Below are positions 11,111 to 22,456 of a DNA stretch of 64,000 nucleotides, piece by piece. The notes beneath the pieces are model-generated. The model ran no database searches. It saw only the letters and a program-made list of their open reading frames with translations, and was not told where the DNA came from. Within the stretch, counting starts at the first letter, position 1, and each line of letters begins with the position of its first letter. The stretch is from NCBI RefSeq assembly GCF_048593235.1, contig NC_133617.1, positions 31,333,767 through 31,397,766 of the forward strand. The letters are read 5' to 3'. Made by a program: the position numbers and the translations under genes. The stretch is from Sminthopsis crassicaudata (lineage: Eukaryota).

Positions 11111-12224
11111 TAAATTTGATGATCATAATAATGGACAATTATATCATTTTAAGATTTTCACTCATTTAATTAAAAAGTTACAAAAGTCCTTGTTTTTGTT
11201 TTGTTTGGTTTTTTTAGGGTCTATTAGAGCAACCTAGAAATTTTTTTTTATTTGTATTAGTTTGAGATTAAATTGTATCTTCCAACACGTGTATAATTTG
11301 CATTTTTAAATTTCCTGAGATGTATGCAATCTACCTTGCTTTTTTTTTTTTTTTAAGTATATTGAAGATCAAATTGGCTGAAAAAGTCTTTGTCCTGGTT
11401 TGGGTCGTTAACTCCAAATTGAATTGCTTCTAAATTCTAACCTATAATCATTATAAATCTTTTTTAGTGTTGTTTCTTCTTTGTACAATGAAGGTGCTAA
11501 ATTAATGGTGGTAATTTATATTGTTTCTAGTGTGCTTCTCCTTTGATATAAAAGGAAAAATAATTGCACAATAACAGTAAGCAAACTCTCTTCATGGGGG
11601 AGAGGAAATAAGAAATAAACCATATTCATGTTTTCAAAGTCATAAATCTAAGAAACTAATAGGTAAGCATTAGATCCATAAGTACAGCAGATTTGTCACA
11701 TTAATAGGAAATGAGCATATAGCATTTTTAGGTAACTAAATTGGATCATCACTTTTTTATTTGAAGTTGCAGGGAGAATTAATATAAGGTTAATTGTAAC
11801 CTTAACCATTACTTTTATGCTTTGAAGCTCATTTGCCACAGAAATTCAGTAATCAATCACATACATATTTAGTATAAATATTAAAATTCTGGGAGCAAAA
11901 AGCTTCTATGTGGGGAAGATTTGACTTAGCTAGACATATTTTCCTTGTTTTTGTTATGATCTTCCTCCTCCACCCCTATCCTACCTAAGGAGGATTGTTC
12001 TTTGTAACTCCAAATACCTATAGTTACTTGAAAGTTGCAAATACTTAATAAATATTTATTGAATTGGATTAAATTCAAAAGGCATTTAAGTTGCTTGTTC
12101 CTGGTTTTAAAGGAATAGAAATTAGACCAATGATGCTTTAGGAACCTCGTAGGTGAGAAAATACCTGTCAATCCAGGTAGGCACCTTCTTTACCACATAA
12201 AATAAAAGAGAATTGCCTATGGCC

Positions 12225-12669
12225 CCAGTTCTCAATGTGTGCCTCATGCACCCCTTAGAGTCCCTAAGGTCAAAATTATCTTCATTCTTATATTAAAACC
12301 TTCCTCCTCAATTCTCCCAGTACATATTTATGTGAGGCTCTATTTTCTTCATACTCTTAACAACATAATGTAACAGGTTGAAATGCAGAGCAAATATGAT
12401 AATCCAACTGTCTTCTATTAATTCAGACATTAAAGGGGTTTACAAAATGCCACTCTTCTCATTAAAGTTTTTTTCTATAAAAATGTGGTGTTTATATTAA
12501 CATGTAATGGGTTTTATTATTGATATTAATGAATTACTAAACTTTTTAAATTATCAATTTAATTTCTAAAACTAGCATATAATAGATATCAATAGGAAAT
12601 AAAAGCTCTTGTTTTTAATAATTTTTACAAGTTTAAAGAAGTCCTGAGACCCAAAAATTTGAGAACTGC
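12225..12669. mobile_element. Charlie1-like hAT DNA transposon remnant
   Basis: Ends cagttctcaatgtgtg... and ...gagacccaaaaatttgagaactg; internal aggtcaaaattatcttcat matches Charlie1-type consensus from memory. Confidence 0.55.
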
Positions 12670-13329
12670 TAACCTGTGGCACTGAATATATATGTATTGC
12701 CAGAACATGACAGGGTGCTGAACTTGAAGCAGTGTTCATTTCACAGCACAACACTGCCTTTCATCATAGTGTGTGTGATAAGGGATCCAGATCTGGCCTC
12801 AGTATAATTTGGCAACCATTAGAATCAGTTGAAGATTATGGTATTGCTGAATTAGTACCTTCTAGAGGAATAATTGATTATTTAACCCCATATGAATCTT
12901 CAAACACAGGTTCCATTCATGTGACCATTGATAGGAATGTCTCCATTTTTGCCATTTTAGATTCTAGATTGAACTGAAAGCTAAGCATAATAAATCTGGA
13001 ACATGTAGGGGATGTAGGGGATCACTGGGGAGGAAAGAATGTTGGAAAGGATCTGTAGCATAGGCCTTAAAGGGAAAAAATAACTTCCAAACTAGTTTAA
13101 TAAGATTAAAATGGTTTCTTTTGATATCATTTTGAGCACGGTGTGAGCAAAGCTGATTTTTTTTTAACATTTTCCTTCATAACACTCAAAATTCATTAAC
13201 AGTTTGCATATTTATTTGGCTAAAGGTTTTAAATTTTTATTTTCTTTTGCTTTCTTTTGTTTAACATTGGTCATGTTTCACCCTTTTTTTCATTCCCCTG
13301 TCTGCAATCAACTTCTTCATTCCAATCAG

Positions 13330-13341
13330 GCTGGGCACAGA
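13330..13341 (+). CDS. VPS29: VPS29 alternative 12-nt microexon (AGHR; VPS29B-type isoform)
   Basis: ccaatcag|GCTGGGCACAGA|gtaagt; in frame, gives MAGHRLVLVLGD, the known 186-aa isoform start. Confidence 0.93.
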
Positions 13342-14597
13342 GTAAGTTTCTTCTTGTAGCTCCTACTAACATTGGTGGTGGGTGACTGACTCAGAGCTAT
13401 TAGAGAATCTTAATGAGGTACAGATTTCTGAATTTTTCTTGTTGGTATATTATTCTTAGGTTTCTTACCCTTATTCTGTCAGGGAGAGGTAAATGATTAC
13501 ATTCAGATCCTTTAACTAATTGGTTCTTAGGCTGTCATTAACTGTAACTTCTATTTTAAAATAGACTAGACTTTTGCTATAACATAACTTTCTGAAGTGT
13601 GAGTTTAGGGATAAGTTAAGTTCATTCAAAGGCACTTGGTACTTACTCAGAGTAGCAGAAATATTCGTTAGAACATTGTTTCATTTACTGTATCCCATAT
13701 CATGAATTTAGGAGATACTGTTATAACAAGATTCTAGTGTACTTCCCCACTACTTTGAGTTCATCTTTTTGTATAACCATGACACATTTGTTTCCAGACT
13801 CTTAATCGCTTACTCTGGTTCAAGTGTAGTATACCTTGAGGATAATGCACTGCATTTTATAGCCTGTTAGCCTGTTGAGATCATATATAAGGAAATTATC
13901 ATGAAGACATAGCATTTAACCTGTTTAAAGTAAATAGTCTATTCTTACCTAAATATATATTTTTGAAGTGTTTATGGAAGCATATGGTCTTTTGTGATTT
14001 TTTTTTTTTTTAGTTTAGGCATCTCTTTTATATGACCATCTATTTTTTTTTTTGTTATTTCTCAAATACAGTGTCCTACATTAACTGTCTGTATTTCAAC
14101 CCTACTCTGAGGGGATCAACTGCCCTCTTAGAGTGAAGAAGATTATTTGGTCCCTAGACATTTTCGTATGCTCTTCAGAAAGGGCAAAAATATGCAAGTG
14201 ATTATTGGCATTTGTGCCCCAAGATCTGGATGAAACAATTCAGTGGATTCAGGCCATTGTATTATTACACCACCTAAAATAATGGTACTTCTCTTTTTCA
14301 AAAAGAAGCTTCCTTAACAAAAAATAATGGCATGGAAATATTGTCATCCCCTGTCACTCTGCTGTCACTCCCATGTCTGATAACAGTTCATTTTGCTTTT
14401 CAGCTATTTTGATTTTTTTGTTGCGTAATGAAATCCAGCTGCTTTCAGTGAGCATTTTAATTTGCATGAACAACTAATTTACAAACTTTGTGGTGACCAA
14501 AGTGTTTGCACACATCTCAGATCTCCTATGTGTATTTTATACCATATTGAAAATTTTAGTATTTTCTTTAAATTTAGAAATGAATTTTTAAAAAGTG

Positions 14598-14732
14598 NNN
14601 NNNNNNNNNNNNNNNNNNNNNNNNNNNNNNNNNNNNNNNNNNNNNNNNNNNNNNNNNNNNNNNNNNNNNNNNNNNNNNNNNNNNNNNNNNNNNNNNNNNN
14701 NNNNNNNNNNNNNNNNNNNNNNNNNNNNNNNN
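14598..14732. other. Assembly gap (135 N)
   Basis: Run of N in the VPS29 intron between the microexon and the next exon. Confidence 1.
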
Positions 14733-15775
14733 AAGGATAGGACAACTAATTTCTTTGCACCTACTTGAATAAATTGATTTCATGGTCTTATAGACAATGT
14801 ATAAATTTACCTTTATAAAGACTTTGGCGATATTTCATGAAGGGACAAAAAGAAATAATGCTTTTTGTGTGGAACCTTTGGAAAACCAAAATAACATTTC
14901 ATGACTATTACTATTATGGTAATTATTTTCTTGCTTTTTAATATTGTAACAGCAAAACTTTTATCATAGAAGCTATGTTTTAATTATAATCAATTTCTCT
15001 TATAGATTACTAGCTTAACAAAATAAAGTGGTTAACTTTTAGAAGCTAGTATACTTGAAAACTTGTGAAAATATATTATTTTGCATTTAGGAATTATAAC
15101 TGAGGTAAATAAGCAGATAAAACAGGTGAGAAGGAAAATGAAAAATATAGAAGAATGTGATGTAAAACTATCAGTTTACTATTGATGTTTTTTCATATCT
15201 CTGGTAGTAGCCAGTATTTTTATACCTTTTCAAAGCATTATTATTGTTATAAGGTAAGGTAATGAATAACCTTATTTTGTTATCTTTTTCAATAAGCTCA
15301 GGCAATTAGGAAAGCTTGTGGAATTGCATTAATGTTCTCCTTTGCCATCTTGAAGTCCTTTTGGAAATGTACAAAACATGGGACATTGTGTCCTATCAGC
15401 TTTCTGATAATTCAGGTTTTCAAAAAATCCCATATTCCACAGCTAGGAAGAAGGAATTTTTTATCTTTCACTTTTCGTCTTTAGCTTATTATAGTTTTCA
15501 AATGGAACAGTGCAAAAATGCTCATTTTATTCACTCTATGTGGAAAACATGCATTGTGTAGGATTTGTGACAAAGACAAAACCTGCTTAATTTGGAGCTG
15601 AGGAGGACCAATGAATTCCTTTTAAGGGTAATTTTGTATTGAGTGAGAATGATTTCTAGTTTTTCTTGAATCTTTTTTTGTTATGTTTTATTTTGCTATT
15701 TGTTGAATATTGTTTTCCCTCATACAACATCTTGTTTAATATATGTTATTGTTTCATACCCTGACACCTAATAAG

Positions 15776-15967
15776 TTGGTGTTAGTATTAGGAGATCTTC
15801 ACATCCCCCATCGATGCAACAGTCTGCCAGCTAAATTCAAAAAACTGCTGGTCCCTGGAAAAATTCAGCACATTCTCTGCACTGGAAACCTTTGTACCAA
15901 AGAAAGTTATGACTATCTAAAGACTCTTGCGGGAGATGTTCACATTGTTAGAGGAGACTTTGATGAG
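15776..15967 (+). CDS. VPS29: VPS29 constitutive exon (residues 2-65)
   Basis: [64 protein letters not shown]; taag| and |gtgatg; 192 nt. Confidence 0.98.
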
Positions 15968-16479
15968 GTGATGTATTTTTACTATTTTTTTATTTAATTT
16001 TTTTTTTTTTTTACTTAATTTTGAGTAAAAATGGTTTTGCTTTCATTCCGAATTTACCATCTTTTTTTTTTTTTTTTAACACTTATTTTCAAAACCATCA
16101 TTTCAATTGTATCTAAATTAAATGGCCCAGCTAGAGAGGAAGCCATGTTCTAGTAATACAAGAAAAAGAACAAGATTTAAGAGACTGGGGGGTCTCACCC
16201 AACCCTTTCACGGAGTAATTGTATGCCCTTTGGCAAATAAGAGGCTTGTACTAGAAAATCCTCCTGTTTTCTTCTGGCAGTTAAATTTTGTGACCCTGCT
16301 GTGAATAGTGTGTATTTCAGGTTTCTGGAATTACTGATAATCATACATAACATTTTCTTGTACAAATAAATTGGTGTCATGAGTGATATAATTTATTTGC
16401 ATCATGAAAAAAGTACTGGAAGTGATTAATGACTGTGTTGATGAATAGCAATGATGCATGCCTCTTTCTTGTTAAAAGA

Positions 16480-18660
16480 AAGGCTGTACAGGTGAAAATG
16501 AACCATATAGCCATCATTCCCAACCTCATGCCATATGCATGCTAGCTCTTTGACTAAGTTACTGATAAAGAGAAGTGTTGAACAGAATCAGTCTAAGCAA
16601 AGATCTCTGAGGCACTGCACTGAAAATTGCCTAGTCAGATATTGAATTTTTCATGATTATTCTCTGAAACTAAATTATTCAGTCAGTTCCAAATAGCTCT
16701 GGTTGTACTATCATCTAGTCTACATTTCTTTTTCTTTTCTACATGATTCTTTGAAATCATGCTGTTTTTTTCTAGCTACTCACTATCTTTGATAATACAT
16801 TCTAGCATTTTCCCAGTTATCAGTAAAACTATTGTCCTATACTGTAGTTTTCTCAATTCTTTCTCTTCCCTTAAAACAAAACAAAACAAAAAACTTTGAA
16901 ACATTTTTTATCCCTACTTTATTCCCCAGTCTTTCAAATATTAATGACAATCATTTAATGGTCACATCTGCCTATTCTTTTACTGTGTTATGGGTGGGCC
17001 TGACTCATCTTGATCCCTGCATAGTTTTGGTCTGAAATTGGAACAAAATGAGTCACTAGTAAACAATTTTGCAATTAGCAAAAGAAAGTTTACTTAGCCG
17101 TAGGAGAGGAAAGACAGTTGGAATAGAGAAGTGATCTTTATCTAGGCTTCATCTTTGATTCATTGAGTACATGTTATCTAATCTACTGATCTCTAGTCAC
17201 AAACTAGAGAAAGTAGCACCAATCCCTTTTCCTTAGGCTATTTTATATCCAGGAACACCGGAAGCTCCATTAAACGTCCCCAGTTTTAGAGCCCTGAGGC
17301 AACTAAATCTTGAGGTAATTTCAGTCCCTTTTAAGGAAAAATTGAGCTGATTTACATAGAAGAAGAGGAAAGAGTATTAGGATTTTGCTCCCACCACACT
17401 GACTAATAAATAGCTTCTGTGGGCCTGATGACTAGAATGCATTATCAAGCTGAGTAGTATTTCCTCACTAACATTGGCAATAAATTCTCTATTAGCTTTG
17501 TTGTGGTCTTTCCCTGGCAAAAAGAATAAACAAGAGGCAGCTAGGTGGCACAGTGGATAGAGCACCAGCCCTGAATTCAGGAGGACCCCAGTTCAAATGT
17601 GGTCTCACTTAACACTTCCTAGCTGTGTGACCCTGGGCAAGTCACTTAACCCCCAGCCTCAGGAAAAAAAAAAAAAAAGAACAAACAACAACCCAGAAGC
17701 AAAATGAAAATTCATCTACTCACTGTGCTTATAAAATCATCCTATTCGAACTCTTTTTTTGTCCTGGGCTTTTTTTTGCCAACCTTACTTCATTCTGAGC
17801 ATTAGTATACCTGACATCGTTCTTAGAAGACCAGGCTATACTTTATACTTATTACTTTATTTATGATCTTGTTAGCTTCCCTTGTTTCCATATTATGTAC
17901 ATTTTTAAAAATATCTAAGTTAGTGAATTGTCTTTGCATCCATATAAGCCTTTTAAGAAAACTCATTTTTATTCCTCATCAGAATTTCATTCTGGACAGT
18001 TTCCTAACCCTTATGGCAGACCATCTGTAATACCCTTTTGAAATCTGCTCTCATAAAATCTAGTATATATCAAACTATGCCCAGCTTCCCCATACTGTAT
18101 TATGAACTCCTAGAAAAATTGCTTTCTCCAAGTTTTCAATCATTTTCACCCTAGCAACCAATTCCTTCCTGTTAGTGAAAAACCAGATCTAAGATAAGAT
18201 TCTTTCTTATTGGTTCCTTTAACTGTTGAAGAACTAAGTTATTAAGGTCAGTAGTGAAGTTATATTAAATGTTGTGCTTTTGGCAGCTCAACAGATGTAT
18301 GTACTTGAAGTTCCCCATACCTGTTGTACCTTGCTTTTCTGCCAAACTTGTGATGTTTCTTGAACTCACCCTATTAATCTGCCTCTTTTCACTTTAGTTC
18401 TTAATAAACAGTGCTTACCATTTACATTACTTCCCCTTTTTATCTGACTTCCTTTTTTCTTTTTAATGATCCCTAATCAGAGCTATAGCCTGGTAGATCC
18501 TATTCCACTAAGTTTCTGATTCCTATAAGGTCAAATTTGCTTTAAAGAGAGTTTGATAGAGAAAAAGACAATATAATGTTCAAGTTCACTTTTCTAAATG
18601 ATTAATCTGCACTTTTTTTGTTTTTTCTTGGAGACATCCAGCATTATAGATCAATTTCTA
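16480..18660 (-). mobile_element. L3/CR1-like LINE remnant, interrupted by a SINE
   Basis: Antisense RT-region motifs (gtgttgaacagaatcagtctaagcaaagatctctgaggcactgcactg; ccttgcttttctgccaaacttgtgatg). Highly decayed; boundaries approximate. Confidence 0.45.
17534..17678 (+). mobile_element. WSINE1-like CORE-SINE
   Basis: ggcagctaggtggcacagtggatagagcaccagccctgaattcagg...gtcacttaacccc + A tail; TSD aaagaa(t/c)aaacaa at 17521-17533 and 17676-17688. Confidence 0.9.
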
Positions 18661-18901
18661 TTAATTAACAGACATTTTTAAATGTTTAAAAAACCTTTAA
18701 AATATTTAATAAATATTCAAAATATTTATTAATAAATTTTTAACAATAAACAAAATGTATTTAGTGTCTACTAAGTGTATCTAAAATAAATATATAAATA
18801 TGAGACAGAGTCCTGCTAATTTATTGGGAAAAGGATGATTTTTTTTTAAATGTCAGTACTTCTAAAATGTGTGTGCATTCTGTATGTTTGTTTTCTCTTA
18901 G

Positions 18902-19137
18902 AATCTGAATTATCCAGAACAGAAGGTGGTGACTGTTGGGCAGTTCAAAATTGGTTTGATCCATGGACATCAAGTAATTCCATGGGGCGATATGGCCAGT
19001 TTAGCATTGCTGCAAAGGCAGTTTGATGTGGACATTCTCATTTCAGGACATACACACAAATTTGAGGCCTTTGAACATGAAAATAAATTCTACATTAATC
19101 CAGGATCTGCCACTGGAGCATACAATGCTCTGGAAAC
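18902..19137 (+). CDS. VPS29: VPS29 exon
   Basis: [78 protein letters not shown](T); ctcttag| and |gtgagt; 236 nt. Confidence 0.98.
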
Positions 19138-19690
19138 GTGAGTAGTGATATTATTTTTGTTTGTCGGTGTTTTATTAGCATTAACCTAAACTCACAAAAG
19201 AAGAAAAAAAGTAATCATTTACATAATACTGATTCTTCTTTGCCTAGAAACTTATTTTTCCTTTTTTGCAAACTGTATTTTTTTTAATGTTTATTGATTG
19301 TTTTGGGGCTTTGTATCACCAGAATTTCTTCCAGGGTCACTCCTATCCCCATCCCCACTCCCCCAATAAACTATTTCTTATGCCAAATAATACATTTAAA
19401 GAAAAAAAAAAAAGGAAAGGGGGGGGGAACCCAACAAAAGTAATTAATACATTAAAAAAGCATTACCACATCCATGAACCTCCTACTTTTAAAAAGGAAT
19501 AGGGTAGGAATATCTTCTTATGTCCCTTCTTTCAGGCCATGTTTGTTCTTTGTAATTTTATAACTTTTTTTTTTTTGTTCTTTCCATTTATATTGTTATA
19601 CTCGTTTTATATGTTGTTTACTTGGCTCTTGTTTTCTTTACTCTGCATCAAACATTTAGTTTTCATACTATATTCTTCATATCCATTGTT

Positions 19691-19818
19691 TTTTTTCCCC
19701 CTCTCAGGTTGGGGTTAAGTGACTTGCCCAGGGTCACACAGCTAGGAAGTGTTAAGTGTATGAGACCAGATTTGAATTCAAGGCTGGTGCTCTATCCACT
19801 GCGCCACCTAGCTGCCCC
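19691..19818 (-). mobile_element. WSINE1-like SINE with 16-nt internal deletion, nested in an old L1
   Basis: Perfect 13-bp TSD CATATCCATTGTT at 19678-19690 and 19819-19831. Flanks (about 19290-20290) look like reverse L1 3' UTR. Confidence 0.9.
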
Positions 19819-20415
19819 CATATCCATTGTTAACAGCACATGAAATAGTCCATTACATTTATGTACCGCAATTTGTTTATCTATTTCCCAATCAATAGAT
19901 ATCTATTTTACCTCCAGTTCTTTGCTATTATAAATATTTTGCTTTTTATGGGGACTTTCTTCTTATCAATGGCCACCTATATATATTCACCTAGTAGTGA
20001 AATCAATGGATCAAAAGGTTTGGATGTTTAAATCACTTTATTTGTATAAGTCCAAATTGCTGTATTGAGTCACAGTTCCACCAGCAATATATTAGTGTGC
20101 CTGTCTTCCCAATAATCTCTCCAACATTTTTGCAAATTTATTGGTTGTGAGGTAAAATTTCAGTATTGTTTTGATTTTCATTTCATTTATTAGTGACATA
20201 GAGTATTGCTTTCATGTGATTGTTACTAGTTTACATTTCTTCTTTTGAGAATTCTTTTTCATATCTGTTAACTACTATTATCTAATAGAACTGATTACCT
20301 TTTAATTTGAGGATCTACAACCAGATTTATCATTGAATACTATTTTTAAATTGTTAATTTATATAGTAATATTCCTGCTTTAAATATAAAGTTAACAATT
20401 TTTTTTCTCTTGTAG

Positions 20416-20533
20416 AAACATCATTCCTTCATTCGTATTGATGGACATCCAGGCGTCTACAGTTGTCACTTATGTATATCAACTTATTGGAGATGATGTG
20501 AAAGTAGAACGAATTGAATATAAAAAATCCTAA
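20416..20533 (+). CDS. VPS29: VPS29 last coding exon
   Basis: (T)[38 protein letters not shown]; cttgtag|; TAA at 20531-20533. Confidence 0.98.
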
Positions 20534-20893
20534 AGCAGTCCTCCTGGTGATTTTTTTTTTTCATTCCCCTATTCTAATCAAGTAATTAAGCATTCAGAAG
20601 TCACAAAATTGTGACTTTTAAAAGTATTATGCATTATGCAAAAACTAAAATCTTTTTGGTGATACATAAATTTGCTAAAGCTTATTGTAAACTAAGAATG
20701 TATTTAGTTTTTAGGACATGATTTCTAAAGAATAACTTGTACCACATGATAAATGGATGTATGGAAAAAAAAAAAAAAAGTTTAGCTCTGTAAATATCTT
20801 CAATGTTAACATACAAGCCTTTGTTACCAACATAGTGCATGAATAGAATTCCAGACTGCCTCATTGTATACACTATCCTCCACTTTATACTGT

Positions 20894-20899
20894 AATAAA
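20894..20899 (+). terminator. Likely VPS29 polyadenylation signal
   Basis: AATAAA about 360 nt after the stop, followed by T-rich sequence. Confidence 0.65.
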
Positions 20900-21424
20900 C
20901 ACTTAACCTTTCACTTATTTTTCCTTGATAATTTGTGTTTTAATATTCAAGCTTGAAAAAATGATGGATCAAATGAAAACATGAGTAGGGACTTTAGGAA
21001 AAGGTGATTTTTATAATCTCTTTGAGTAACAAAGGCTGTGTGACATGACTCAAGGGTTTCTGGTTTTATTCTCCATGTGGATATGATCACACTTTCCTCA
21101 AACAAAAGATGTTTCTGAAAAGTTATGTGCTAATCAGATTTGTCAGTTGAATCTGAAATTATATTCATTTAAAAAAAAAAATCCTCAACAGCTGAGCCTT
21201 TTTCAAGTAATTAAGGCTTTGTAAAAAGTATTGTAGCAGTCAGAACAAATGCTTTTGTAATGCAAATAATTGCTTTCTATTTAATGGTTTTCTACATGAG
21301 GACTTTTCTTGAAACATACAACATGAATATTTCCATGTTAAAGTTGCATTTTAACTGACCATATAACTATATAATCCATTCAGCTTACTTAGGAAGTAAT
21401 AATCAAAGTCCAATTCAACAAACA

Positions 21425-21430
21425 TTTATT
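21425..21430 (-). terminator. Candidate FAM216A polyadenylation signal (within an L2-tail motif)
   Basis: First minus-strand AATAAA I found after the FAM216A stop, in the context ctcAATAAAtgtttgttgaa, typical of an L2 3' end. Confidence 0.4.
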
Positions 21431-21853
21431 GAGGATTTAGCACATCGAGAAAAGGAATCATGTACAGCAGGATGCTTTTGTAAAATTTACTATTAGCCTT
21501 TGGTTGCAAATGCTTTAAAGAAAATTAAAAGAATTCTTTTTTTTTTCTTTTAAGTGACATGAAAAGTTTTAAGTAGCTGATAGCGGGTTATAAATGAGCT
21601 TGGATTACAGATAAATTTTACTACACAAATATCACTGAAACACTGAACTACATATCAAACCAGTTACATGTTCACAAGCCCAGTTTTGGAATGTTTCCAA
21701 ACTAGTCAATAAGACAATAGTGAATAACATAGTACTGACCTAAAATTAGTTATGAACAGAATTCACAACTCCTCCTTTGGCACATGATTGTAGAATCAGC
21801 AACTTGGATTTAGGCAAATAATAAACCAGGACTACAGGACAGGAGTGTCAAAT

Positions 21854-21966
21854 TCACATCAGATTTTCCCCTTGTTCTTGTATCGACATTGACTGCATAC
21901 ATTTATTTAATAAATCTTCATCTCTTTTTTCTTCACTCATGTATGAGTCAGAATCATTTGTGAAAT
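21854..21966 (-). CDS. FAM216A: FAM216A exon 7 (last coding)
   Basis: (D)FTNDSDSYMSEEKRDEDLLNKCMQSMSIQEQGENLM* vs human SSDDSESHMSEEKKEEDLLNNFMQSMSIEEQGEHLM; ctctttcag|; TGA at 21856-21854. Confidence 0.93.
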
Positions 21967-22150
21967 CTGAAAGAGATAATGTCTAATTAAAAATAGTTAG
22001 CTGCATTTTATTCTGAAGTCTTAGGTCAATATAATTATAACCTTCAAAATGATTAGTTAAGGACTCAGAGCAAAACCAACTTTTATTTGCAAGACTACAA
22101 AGACTCCACACTTTGCAAAAGAGGATTCCAGATGTTGTTTAGTGAGTTCT

Positions 22151-22456
22151 TTTTTTTTTTTTTTAATTTTTTATTTATTTTTCATTTATAAAATTTATTT
22201 ATTTAATATCTTCCCCAATTATATTAAAAACATTTTTTACATTTGTTTTTAAGATTTTTGAGTTCTAGCTTCTCTTCCTTATCTTCACCCACAATTAAGA
22301 AACCACATGTGAAGTTATGCAAAACATTTCCATAAAAGTCATTTTGAAAGCAAACTTAAATCTCTCACCCTAATGAAAATTAAAAAGACTCAAGAAAGAT
22401 TAAATTAAAAATGAAGAGAAATAGAGAATGCTTCAATCTATATTCAGACTCAATAA
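22151..22456 (-). mobile_element. 5'-truncated L1 with perfect 15-bp TSD
   Basis: TGTTTAGTGAGTTCT at 22136-22150 and 22457-22471; poly-T plus reverse L1 3' UTR between them. Confidence 0.85.

Noticed and set aside
14462-14783. ORFs containing X runs
   Set aside because: Artefacts of translating the 135-N gap.
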